A stretch of 64,000 bases of DNA from Massalongia carnosa (Eukaryota), in contig OZ287070.1 of the NCBI GenBank assembly GCA_965645245.1, positions 2,356,001 through 2,420,000 of the forward strand. The letters run 5' to 3'. Positions 40,206-52,200 of the stretch are shown here, piece after piece; within the stretch, counting starts at the first letter, position 1, and each line of letters opens with the position of its first letter. The notes under the pieces are model-generated. The model saw only the letters and a program-made list of their open reading frames with translations, was not told the DNA's origin and did no database searches. Both the position numbers and the translations under genes were made by a program.

Positions 40206-41694
40206 ATGGTTACACTCCCAGGACACGATCCTCGGGCTTCTGCGGCGTCTTCGTCTGCCTCTGCCTTCATCTCTGCTCCCTCGTCCTCGGTGACTGTTCC
40301 ACCCGCCTCGACCGCGACACCAAGCAGCGGAAGCGGTGGGGGACCTACGAGCTCCCCATTGTTGTTTTTTGTGGCACTGGGATTCGGGGTAGTCTTTACA
40401 AACTTATGGTATGTAGGGAACAATTGAAAAGACAGATGGCGTTTGTCCGTGTAGTTCACTACAATGGCTGAGATTATACTATTCTAGGATCATTGTCGGT
40501 GTCAAGTATTGCTTCCGATACAATCAGAGGAATCGACAGCAACGTAATGACGAGAATGGCGAGCCGATTGACTTAGCGGCAATGCCGAGGACGCACAGAC
40601 GCAGGAGGGAGAAGAAGCTGATGACGATGGATGAAGTCAATGGTCGCTTTCCTTTGACCAAATACAAGGCTTGGGTGACCTCGCGCGCCGAGGAAGGCCT
40701 ATCGACCACCGGTGGGGTGGCTGGTCCCCAGAGCCGACCAGCCAGCGTGAGGAACATTGATGGAGTGGACTCGCCGAGCCAAGATACACTTAAATCTACC
40801 GATGTAGTGAGGCCTACAACTCCGACAGCCTCATCGCCGCCTCCGACCAACGATAGCCCACAAATCACCAAGTCGCTTACAACCGACTCAACAGCCGACA
40901 GAAAGGGAGAGTTGGAAACAAAAGAAAACAAAGTAGTAATCGAGGAAGCACTGGCACCACCGACAGCGCAGCAATTTCACGACAATGAAGACATGGACGA
41001 TGACGACCAAATCCAGATTGCCGTTCCCACCGAGATGTTGGCGAATCCTGGCGACTCCTGCGCAATCTGCTTGGATACCCTGGAAGACGATGATGATGTT
41101 CGGGGTCTCAGCTGTGGTCATGCTTTCCACGCTAGCTGTCTCGACCCTTGGCTGACCAGCCGGCGTGCTTGCTGCCCTCTTTGCAAAGCCGATTATTACG
41201 TACCGAAACCCCGTCCGGAAGGTGAAGCTCCCGCTGAGGCAGAACGCCATACTAGCCGCCGTTCACCGGGACTGAGCGGTGCTGGAACTGACATGCCACA
41301 TCCTCCTCATCATGCTTTCATGGGAGGTCGTGGGCGTGCCCCGTTCCGGCCGAGGATGATACTTCCAGCTCGCTTTATGACCATAAGTTACGGCGACGGC
41401 CCGGACAATCGGTATGGCTTTCCAAGCGTACAGCGAATCTCCCGATCTAGACGACAGCAGGCAGATCAAGGGCAAGACTCACTGTCAGGTATTCGGGAGG
41501 ATTCAGCAGGGGATGCTTCGCCGGGCTGGAGATTAAGAATACGGGCATTGAATTTCGCTGGTCCCAGAATGGGTTTCCCTAGCCGTCTAAGGAGAAGCAA
41601 CAATATCAATGGGGCCTCCGAAGCGAACCAAGCATCAGTCGACCCTGCTGTTGTTAACCCTAGCCCTGCTCAGCTTGAAGCTGGCCAGAGATAA
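40206..41694 (+). CDS. Membrane-anchored RING-H2 E3 ubiquitin ligase
   Basis: SSPLLFFVALGFGVVFTNLW|IIVGVKYCFRYN TM segment across an intron (~40409-40488), then RRREKKLMTMDEVN and CAICLD...CGHAFHASCLDPWL...CPLCK. Confidence 0.9.
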
Positions 41695-42509
41695 AATGGA
41701 TTTTTTACCGTTTATACCTACTGTCAGGTTCTGTGCCGGGCTATCGGATGGGAAGCTAAGAGCATGGCGTTTTTGGAGAATGGTGTTCTATTTCGTCCGG
41801 TTTAGCTGGAAAGGGTCATTTGCTCGTCCGCGCCGTCTGTTTGTGCATCTCCAACCAGCAGTGCAGAATGCGTGTTATACGATTTTAATGAAGGCTGCGG
41901 AGTTTGATGAAAATCCTGTTGGTGTGGCCCTTTTTTTGGTGCAAATATTTTCTATCAAACCTTGGGGTGTAGCTTTGTTGCGGATGAGGAAGGCTGGTAC
42001 GAATTTCTGATAGGATTTGGTTGGGCAGATCATTTGTAGCTATTGTTGGGCAAGCGAGCGTCGCAGCTTGCGGAAGGAATCGCTTCTCGACTCAATCGTT
42101 ACCTTTCCATAGCGCTTATTAAATGCGAAATTTACCGTCATCAAGCTTCGGTGGGATTGTCCCTATTGCTGCTCCACAACATCACATAAAATATCTATAC
42201 TATCCTTCTCATCCACCCACAGAAGCTGGAAGAATGGATTTCAAGTGATCTAGGACGTAAATGCGTTTTTCACCCTTTGGCAGAGCAGATCCAATGTCTC
42301 GACTTGACTTAAACCCCTAGGTGTATTTCATGTCGTTTCCTTGGACTCGATTATATTTGTTGCTGTCATATGTTCTACCTAACTCTACAAACTCTATCAA
42401 TCAAAGCATCGCTGTGCTGCCTCACTTACCACTCCGATTGTTGGACCCAATTTCGACGTGTTCCAATCTTTCTCCAAGCCAGTTAAGACGGCGGCCTGCA
42501 ACTCCGGCG

Positions 42510-43266
42510 ATGGACGACATCCGAGACAGCGAAAGACATGGAAGTGCTTCGCCCACATCCAATCCGCCACTTCCTCACGACGTCAATGAAGGCACCAGTG
42601 TTCCGGGACGAGCATCGCCAAACGTACAAGCTACTTCAGCGCCTGCGCCAAGTTCCGAGACGGGAGGGACACCATCATCCACGGAAACCAATCATCAAGC
42701 ACAAAGCGTAACCCAGCAGAACGATGCCAACCACTCCCTATCAACTACGGGCCTAGGCGACTCTAAGGATCCGTTAGGGGAATTTGACTGGAACGACCTG
42801 GAAGTAAGATTTTGCGCCGCTATGGAAGGGTTCAAGAAGATCGAAGATGAAATCTCGGATGAGTTCAAACGGTGGCTCGATGTATGTCAAATCCACTCTT
42901 CAGGTTTCCGGTGGAGTATTATCACTGAGCCGATGTGTCTAGGTATTTGTGGCATGGGCGTCAGTGGCTACACATCATGAAAGCGATCGAGCCCATAAGC
43001 GGTATGCTTGACTCTTCTACGGGCGCTGAAATCGTTTACGTTCCAAATGGTATTGATGATATAAATTCTTCATGCAGGCTTCGCACACGAATGACATGGG
43101 TTCAGGGAGCAGAGAAGGATTTGGAGGAGAAGAGACTGCACTGTTCGTCCACCTTCTGAACCCTCACCTACCCAAATTTGCCGTATAGCTGAGCAAACCT
43201 ACGATTCTAGACGTCAAAGTGGTCAAGGCTTTCGAGAGTGCGCTGGCTCTCCTCGGCGGGATCTGA
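42510..43266 (+). CDS. Conserved hypothetical fungal protein, 4 exons
   Basis: A disordered N-terminus is followed by FDWNDLEVRF...WLD|VFVAWASVATHHESDRAHK|RLRTRMTWVQGAEKDLEEKRLH|YVKVVKAFESALALLGGI*, joined by clean GT-AG introns. Confidence 0.75.
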
Positions 43267-43796
43267 TCGCACCATAGCTGGACTTTGGTGTGGTCTGGCT
43301 GGGCCATTCTGTGACTAGGCCGTCAACCCGGGAAGACACTCCCCACGCCTACTAAACCCTGGACGGTGGCTAGGGCATAAAAGTAGGGATGCGTCACCGG
43401 GCTAGGTTTCCAACAAAAATACACTTGCAGCCAGTGCTTTTCGAGGGTGAGGCAGATCGTTAGTCCTCAGTGTAGAACTCATTGAAGCTTATGGAGCGAT
43501 ATGGTATGTCCCTCTGATAACTTTTCGAATATGGTAGCATGCTCTAAGGACGGAGCCTGAGAGGGAAAACTCAAGTTTCATCGAGCATTACTTCGTACTT
43601 TATACCTAGCCGTAGCTTTCTGAACTTGCGTTTCATCCGTTACAATTTGCTGTCTAGGGTCGGACAGTGTCGGAATCTCGGCCCGAGCCGCATATAACTA
43701 ACTAGTTAGCTGGACACATCACGTGCCAATATCTTCCTCCCGAAGACAAACTCAACCGAATTCAATCGTGATCCTCCCCTTGCCAATGGACAAGAA

Positions 43797-44791
43797 ATGG
43801 ACGATGGCCCCTCATCTCATGATAAGGCCTTACTTGCCCGACTGAACGCCCTCAAACTCTCAAGCATCAGCTTTCAATCCCCTATGTAAGCCCTTCTTAC
43901 TCCCCCTCCCCTTCCCTCTACAGTCTCTCCATATCACATAAAGGTTCCTTCCCCCACTGATGAAGGATCGTAAGCTGATTTCCTGCTCGTTTCAGATCAT
44001 TGTCGATTCCCTCCTCCGATCTCGAATCTCGTTTTCGGAATCTTCATGTTCGCTCCTCGACGGAGCAGTATACCCCACCTGGATCATCCCCCTTGCAGGA
44101 TGCGTCTCCCCTTGAAGAGCTTGTTGCCTATCTGGAGGCTGAGGAGCATGATCTTTTAGACTCGTCTGAGCTCGCTAATGCTCACGCGCTGCTCGAGGAA
44201 GTAAAGTGCGCTTTACCGGCGCAAACCCCAGAGGATGGGGGAGACCACTCAAGCGACGAGAAAGCCGGCGTAAATATGGAAGTTACTGAGCTTAAGCTGA
44301 AGTCTATAAACTCTACACGGGGCGAATCTAAAAATGGTGAAGAGCATGAGGATACAGAAGTAGCGGAGTTGTTGCAGCGGATACTCGACGAACTCGTGCT
44401 GGAGGATATAGAAGCCCCCACACCTGATGACGATTCCATAGCAACCAACTTCGGCCATAAGACTCCCGATCCTTTTCCCTCGCCCCCCCAAAACCCCCCT
44501 CCCTCACCCTCAACCACTCCCCTCTCCTTCTCCACCGCTCCGACAGCCCTACCCTCGGTCCCAACGGCTGCCCCCAAAGGCCCCCAGTCCTCCACATCGG
44601 CCTACACCGACGCAGAAATAGACTCTTGGTGCGCAATATGCTGTGCAGACGCCACCGTGCGCTGTCGTGGTTGTGCGGGCGAGCTGTACTGCTGGGTTTG
44701 CTGGAGGGAGGGGCATGTGGGGCCGGATGTGGGGAGGGAAGAGAGGGGACATCGGTGGGAGAAGGTTGGGGATTTGAGAAGGAGCCCTTGA
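43797..44791 (+). CDS. Zinc-finger protein with C-terminal B-box-like domain (ZFYVE19/ANCHR-like C-terminus)
   Basis: Exon 1 contains DKALLARLNALK and exon 2 contains DLESRFRNL. The C-terminus is WCAICCADATVRCRGCAGELYCWVCWREGH...H. Confidence 0.75.
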
Positions 44792-45269
44792 GTATTGCGC
44801 TGGTAAATCTATTTATCTACCTCAATGCTCGATGGCCCTTTGAAGGCTGCTTGAATTGAAGAAACTGGGTATTGCCTTCGTCCGGGGTGTGTGTTCCGCC
44901 AAGTCGTACCAAAGGCATCTAGGTAAAAGTCATCTACCCTAGAGTTTAGTGCGTCGTCCCATTCATTGCTTTTCTCTTCGTTCATTGGATATAATGAGCT
45001 ACACAACACTCTCCCTCTATTCCGCGAGAGCGTTACGTTTTAGCAATGACATCATAGGCGCTGTGGGAGATGTATGTCTGAATGTAGATAGATAACTTTG
45101 AAGTCTTCAGTTAATCCTCATTTTTTTGGCGCAATCTTCATTCGTGTTCTTGTCTGTTGAATTTTCTCCTGAGCATTTTCTTTGATCCTCTTGATGAATT
45201 CAAATCTAACAGTTTCCTGATATCTTTCCATCTTTCAGTCTACGATATCATATCGCAATCGATACAACC

Positions 45270-46406
45270 ATGCCTCACAGACGATATCTATCCAACAATA
45301 TCAACTCCCTCCAAACCGTGCCGGACCCGCGCTCTCAACTACTCAAATCTCTCACCACCACCGTGACCGGCTGCCCACCTCAACCTGCCTTCCACCCTAA
45401 ACAAAGCGGACTCTTCAGCGGCCCCACATCCCTAGCGTATCTTTTCCTGTGGCTTTCCCGCACCCACCCTGGCCTCGTCGTCAAGGGAAAGCTCCCTGGA
45501 GAATGGTGCCGCGCCTACCTATCCTGCAGTAGGGCGTCTTACCCCAACACTACTGGCCCCAGAACCGGAGGAATCCATGATGAATACCTCGCCTACCATG
45601 CCGTCCAGGCCTCAGCCACCAATGATCTAGCGTACGCCGAAACCCTCAGACAAGGAGTCGAAACGCTACACGCCGACCCCGCCGAGAACGAATTCCTCTA
45701 CGGCCGAGCCGGCACCCTCGCCCTCCTCCGCCTCGTCAAGCACTGGGTGCCGTCCGCCGCCGCAACCATGACGGCAGCCATGGCCCTCCTAATCGCGCAT
45801 ATCCTCGCCCACCAACCCTGGCAGTGGCACGGAAGCGACTACATCGGCGCCGTGCACGGCGACATAGGCATCATCACGCAGCTCGTCCTCTCCTCCCCCT
45901 CCTCCGCTCCCGCCCTCACCGCCCGCCTCTCCCAGCTCCTCGACCTGCAAACCCCAACCGGGAACTGGCCCGCGTGCGCGGGCGCCGCGTCGGACGTCGC
46001 CGATCTCGTGCAATTCTGCCACGGCGCCCCAGGGTTCATCGTCTCGCTCCTCGCCATCCGCGCCCACTTCCCGGTTGCCATGCAAACGCGCATCGACGCC
46101 GCCGTCGCCCGCGGCCGCACCTGCGTGTGGGAACGCGGCTTGCTGCGCAAGGAGCCGAACTTGTGCCACGGCATCGTGGGCAATGCGCTGGCGCTGGACG
46201 ATGGGGCGGGGAGGAGGAGCCATTTCATGGCGTTTACGACGGGGGAGGCGATCGCGAGGGGATTGGCCGAGGGCTGGTTTCTGCGGGGGGATGACCGGTG
46301 GGGGGTCTGGTGGGGGGAGGGCGGGAGGGCGTGGGTGTGGGCGTTGCTGGATGGTGGTGGTAGAGGGCAAGGAATGGAGGGGATGATTGGGTATTCGGAT
46401 GTATGA
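45270..46406 (+). CDS. LanC-like protein (LanCL family), intronless
   Basis: GLFSGPTS, EFLYGRAG, YIGAVHGDIGI, QFCHGAPG and WERGLLRKEPNLCHG (Cys/Cys/His zinc ligands of the LanC fold). Confidence 0.92.
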   Translation: MPHRRYLSNNINSLQTVPDPRSQLLKSLTTTVTGCPPQPAFHPKQSGLFSGPTSLAYLFLWLSRTHPGLVVKGKLPGEWCRAYLSCSRASYPNTTGPRTGGIHDEYLAYHAVQASATNDLAYAETLRQGVETLHADPAENEFLYGRAGTLALLRLVKHWVPSAAATMTAAMALLIAHILAHQPWQWHGSDYIGAVHGDIGIITQLVLSSPSSAPALTARLSQLLDLQTPTGNWPACAGAASDVADLVQFCHGAPGFIVSLLAIRAHFPVAMQTRIDAAVARGRTCVWERGLLRKEPNLCHGIVGNALALDDGAGRRSHFMAFTTGEAIARGLAEGWFLRGDDRWGVWWGEGGRAWVWALLDGGGRGQGMEGMIGYSDV

Positions 46407-46446
46407 GGGGATGTATGAGGGAATGTATGAGGGGATGTATGAGGGG
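46399..46446. repeat. Tandem 12-mer (ATGTATGAGGGG) x4 overlapping the LanCL stop codon
   Basis: ATGTATGAGGGG ATGTATGAGGGA ATGTATGAGGGG ATGTATGAGGGG. Confidence 0.9.
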
Positions 46447-46997
46447 GGAGTTGTGATATTGAGCGAATCGTGAAAGGAAACATGACTTATGAATCCGAAT
46501 CCCCTCTCCCCTTGCTCACCACAGACACCCACACACCCACACAGTACCTACCTACATACATACATACCGAAACCTATCCCACCCCTTGCTCTATCCAGCC
46601 CAGCCCAACTTACACATTCAGTCGTGTTCTTTCTCCTTTCCGATCCGATCCACAAGTCAGCTGCATCTCTTCACGTCACTTCATTTCAACATCTCTCTCC
46701 GCTCCTCTCATTATTCGCTAACTTGGAATAGCAAAAAACATCGTTGAAAGAAATGGATCGAGTTGCAACCGTCAAGAACTCATCCATGTCATGCTCCATA
46801 AGACCCAAGTACCAACTCCTGCAACTCCATGATTGTGTACATATCCGGGGAATCGATGCGAATATCAGAGAATGCTCGCAATCGTTCTCCCCGCCCCGCC
46901 CCCCAACATACTGCATAAAATACAAAAGCCACACAATTTGTACACAAATCTTCTCTTTCTCATAAATTACTTACGATAGTCATCCCTCCATATCGTC

Positions 46998-48932
46998 CTA
47001 CTCTCCCTCCGCTGCTTCACCATTTCGGAACCCATTTCCGCCCGAGCGTCCTTTCTTTGCTCTTCCTGTGATATCCTGCCAAGTAGCCCCGAATCGTCTT
47101 CCTGTGCTTGCAAGTAACCCTTCTTCTTCATCTTCCTCGGCATCCTGGTCTAGCGTATAGTCATCAAGCTTTGGCGTGCGGAAGAGGGTTGTAAAGAAGA
47201 CAACAATATAGACGGCTGTTTTCAAATCAAATTCAGCAATCAAATCAGATATCCGTACTTATATGTTAGATACCGGTAGAGCTTGGGTACCAGAGTGCAG
47301 GGATATAATACATACCCAAGAAAGCGAACTGAGCCCAGAAACATACAACCCCGAAAAAGGAAAAGTTCACAGTAATACTGTCGAGGAATGTGCTCACAAC
47401 GCTTGGTGTGCAGACATTACGCGCGGCTTGAGAGGTTGAGAGTTCAGAGCATGGGCGGATTTTACTCTTGTGGGTTGAACAGTCTGGTTGATCTGTAGGA
47501 TACCGGAGTGGTAGGTCACAGTATGTCTGTGGACCGTAGTGTGTGTATTGTGGTGCAACAAACATAGCCAAGGAGTAATTCATCGCCAACGCAATAAGCG
47601 TTAACAGGACTGTTGCCATGAGTAAGGCTTGCGGCGACGTGTGTCCCTTTCTGATTTGGAAGAGCTTGATCCAAAGGAAGCGGATACCGATCGCAGCGAT
47701 ACCCACGACAGAGCTGGCAAAGAATAAAAGGACTAGTAGAAGAAAGACAACATAATCGATCGGGAAGATCTTAGAAGACATAACAAATATCCAGTTAATA
47801 GGATTGAAGACATTGACATAACCGAGAATGTAACCACAACGACTTTTGCAAATCGAGTTCTTGGCTTTGTCGATGCCAGTCAAAAGCATCGAAACCCAGA
47901 TGAACAAGGCAACAAGCATGAGGAACAGTCCGCCAATCAATTTGAGAGGGCGGAAGACAGCCTCAATTTTCGTCCACGTCTTTATGATCCAACCCTGACC
48001 CTCTCCACTTGCTTCCGCGGCCAAGCGCTCACGGCGCACAAGTGTTCGCTCTTCCCTTACGAGCGCGTCGAGCTCTCTGCGGTCTTTGGGTGGTATATTA
48101 CCATCTCGCCCGGCATTGCGTCCTTCTAGCTGGCGTTGGCGTTCACGGTTTTGGTCGAGAGCTGAAGCCGTACTTGCTCCTAAAGCTGGTGCAGAGATCG
48201 CTGGAGCAGACTTGATGAGGGCAACCGGTAGCAAAGCAAGTCCAGCCGCAGTATACAGAACATAGACTAACGTGCCGACTGTGATGAGCAGCCCAAGCCC
48301 GAATGTTAAGGCCCGTTCTCCATCTGTTCCAAACAAATTTTAGCAAAGGGTCAAGATGTAGGAAGACTGGACTTACGGTTTTCGTCCAATATGTGCTTGA
48401 AAAATTCAAGATCATAATGGGCCCCTTTGTGGTCCTTGGCCACAGGCACAAAAAAGCCAACCAAGAATACGATGACCACTAAGGCAATGAATCCAGTGGT
48501 ATACTTAAACGCACCCCAAAAACGTGTACCAATCGTCTGGTTCCCCTCTTCTGTGGCAACCTCATCATATTCCTCGTACCAGAAGTATGTGAATGGTACT
48601 ACAATCAGGCATAGGATCGCATCGAGTGAGTACAGAGTATAATAGACAATCTTAAGAGTCAGTAGGATACTGTCCACACGATCACCAGTGGCCCAATCCT
48701 TTCGCCTCCCAAGCTTTGATGAGGTCGTCGACGATACTAACGCAACATCAACAGGCAAGAGAAGCACCGTGGCAAGCAGTGATGTCAGAGTGAAAATCGA
48801 TACGATTGTCACCGAGATAGACCGTTCTCGAGGGGTTTGATAAACGTAAACAAAGATTGAAGCAACGGCAACGACTAGAGCAATGACCACAGCGTAGACA
48901 ACCCAGATGAGGGCAGACTGGATGAGAGCCAT
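46998..48932 (-). CDS. LMBR1-family membrane protein (probable lysosomal cobalamin transporter, LMBRD1-like), 3 exons
   Basis: [61 protein letters not shown] and [13 protein letters not shown]. Confidence 0.9.
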
Positions 48933-49247
48933 TGCCAATGCCGGTTCCGAGAGAAAATTTGGTCTGAGGTGTGTGCAAGATGGACTGGCACAATCGGGAT
49001 TATATTTGAAACCGTGCATTTGGCGGGGTTGCAATTACCTGGAGCTTGATTTCCTCTCGAGCACGTGACTCCAAACGTCATGTCTGTTGGTTATAGCCAC
49101 GCCTACGGCCCGATCCTGCTCCGAAAGAGGTAAGTCATTCACGTGTGTTTACAAAATATCCTCAAGTACTCGATATCATCTTCATCCATTCCTGGCTGTG
49201 CAAATTCCAAACATGATCAGATTTCCTTACGAACTGGTATAGAAAAA

Positions 49248-52200
49248 ATGCAGTGCTACACTCAGCTAACCCCCCCAACAGCTGTCACCCATTCACTGTC
49301 TCTGCCTTTTTTATCTCCTTCTGCAAACAATCTCATCATTGCCAAAACATCCCTTCTCCAAATATTCACACTCAAGTCAATTGTCACAAATGTCAGCAAC
49401 AGCGCAAGGAAAGCTCATGGGCAGAATCTGCCTGCAGATTTGTCGGCGCAGCGAGGCGAAAGGCTGCACACGACGAAATTGGTGTTGGTAGCTCAATATG
49501 ATCTATCAGGCACCATTACGTCCATTGCTCGTGTAAAGATTCTGCAATCAAAATCTGGTGGCGAAGCTCTGCTGGTCTCGCTTCGAGATGCCAAACTTAG
49601 CCTGGTCGAATGGGATCCTGAACGATATAGCATCGCGACAATTTCTATACATCTATATGAACGACAAGACTTACAGGGTAGTCCATGGGAGCCAGAGTTG
49701 GGGCAGTCCGTGAGCCATCTATGCGTAGACCCAGGCAGTCGGTGTGCCGCGTTGAAGTTTGGGCCAAGACATGTAGCGATCCTACCGTTTCATCAGGCTG
49801 GGGATGATCTTGTCATGAGCGAATTTGACCCAGAAGTTGATGGTGAAGGGCTCGATTCTAGCATGGTCCCATCAAAACACGAAAACCAAGCCAACGCAAG
49901 AGACAAAACCCCCTATGCCGCATCATTTGTCCTTTCTTTTTTGATACTGGATCCTACCTTGTTTCATCCGCTGCATTTTGCATTTCTGTATGAATATCGA
50001 GAGCCGACATTTGGGGTTCTTTCTTCACAGCTTGGGGTATCGGCAGCCTTGTTACATGAGCGACGTGATACTTTGTCTTACACAGTCTTCACCCTTGATC
50101 TTGAACAGCGAGCTTCTACAACCCTGCTATCGGTCAATGGCCTTCCAAACGACTTGTTCCTAGTAGTGCCGCTACCGCTACCGGTTGGTGGGGCTCTGCT
50201 CCTTGGAGGTAATGAGATGATTCATGTGGACCAAGCGGGAAAAACCAATGGTGTTGCTATCAACAGCTTCGCGAAAAACTCTACAGCTTTTGCCATGCTT
50301 GATCAGGCTGATCTAGGTTTGAGATTGGAATACTGTATAGTCGAGCAACTCGGACTAGATAACCGAGAGCTGCTAATCATTCTAAACAACGGCGAACTTG
50401 CCGTATTAACTTTCAAGATTGATGGTAGGTCGGTATCTGGGCTCTCTGTGCGCCGCATTGATCGCCCAAATGGAGGACTCGCTGTCCTCGCCGGGGTTTC
50501 ATGTGCGTCCGTGATTGGGCGAGGAAGGATGTTTGTTGGAAGTGAGACGGTAGACTCAATGATTCTAGGCTGGTCGCGCAAATCAGACAAATCCAAACGG
50601 CCTCGCTCCCGAGTCAATACTGACACTGATACATACGAGGAAGCACTTGGCTTAGACGATGACGACTTTGAGGATGACGATGATTTGTACTCTGGTGTCA
50701 AGTCTGACGAGAAGACCTTGAACCAATCGGTATTGCCCCCTGGGGGAGACACCCGAGACGATTACTCCTTCCGGGTCCACGACGCGTTGCAGAATTCAGG
50801 TCCTATGAGAGATATTACTTTAACAAAGAATATCGATCGAAAGAATGAAGGCAAATTTTCAGATTCAGAGCCACCTAGACTTGAATTGATCGTTTCAAGT
50901 GGTAGTGGCAGAGCCGGAGGACTGACTATATATCAACGAGAGATGAACTCAGAAACGGCAGACCAGTTCAAGATTCCTAACGCATATGCAATTTGGTCAA
51001 TTTGTCCCAAACAAGCGTCTGACGATGCCTCTGCCAAACCCGTCAATGGCGATACTCCAAATCCCGCTGATAATGACAAGTACATCATTGCATCGCGAAA
51101 GGCAGAGAAAACGGAAGAATACTCAACAGCATACAAAATTACATCCGCTGGCCTTGAAGAGATTATAGACGCTGATTTCGATTCCGATGCGGGAGGGACC
51201 ATTGAGGTAGGGACTTTAAATGGTGGAACGCGGATTGTACAGGTTTTATCGAGCGAGTTAAGAACCTACGATGGAGGTAAGTTCACCTTGGTCCTTCCTT
51301 TACGTTATGGTTTATTCGATATAAGTCATGGCCTTAAGTATGGTGGCTGGAAATTTTATTTATATATGGCGCACATTCCATCTGATAATAGAGAAAACCT
51401 CTTGTATATCATAGACTCAAATCTACAATTCCGGTTGCTGGCTGACGATAAGAACCAAATCTCCTTTGTCTCTTCTCTTTTCCTGTCCATAGCATCAATG
51501 AAATTCATGATCCATTGTGCAGCTATGATATCACCGTGTCTTCAAACTTGCCTTCTTCACATCCCATGCTTGAGCCCATGTATTGCTGTGGCGGATATTA
51601 AGCTAATACCTGAAAGACTTTGGTCTCGCCCAGATCTTCCCCATGACCGACGATGCTACAGGAGCTGAACCAAAAGTCATCAGCGCAAGTTTCTCTGATC
51701 CTTACGTGCTCCTAATACGAGATGACCTCAGCGTGATGATTTTACGTGCGGACGAAAGCGGCGATTTGGATGAGGTGGAAAGGGGGGAAGCAATCGCGGA
51801 AAATAAGTGGCTTTCCGGATCTCTATACGAGGATTCGAACGATGTGCTGCGTCTAGAGTCTGGAGATGATAGTGAAGACGAAGCAGGTAATGTATTGCTG
51901 TTGCTATTAAGCAGCATTGGTGGTTTACAGGTTGGTTCAATTTGCTCACTCTTGTTCCTGATCTGTTGTTGCACCGAGTTATGTTTATGTACGAACTTGC
52001 ACTAATAATTTACAAGATATTCCGTCTTCCAAACCTGAGAAAGCCAGTATATTGTGCAGATGGTCTCAGTTTCCTTCCGCCGTTCCTGTCCACGGAGTTT
52101 ACGGTTCGTCGTTCGTCGGCTAGGGAGTCCTTGAAAGAGATTCTCCTGGCAGAGCTCGGCGATGCCACTCACAAGTCTCCCTATCTAATTGTAAGTTGCT

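Noticed and set aside
45270..46406. LanC-like gene as part of a lanthipeptide/RiPP cluster
   Set aside because: No LanB/LanM/kinase-lyase partner, no precursor peptide with repeated cores and no transporter or protease nearby. The neighbours are housekeeping genes.
46399..46446. Short direct repeats as a CRISPR array
   Set aside because: Head-to-tail 12-mers with no spacers, in eukaryotic DNA.
46998..48932. LMBR1 'cobalamin transporter' as evidence of B12 metabolism
   Set aside because: The family is widespread in ascomycetes and no B12-dependent enzyme is present in the window.
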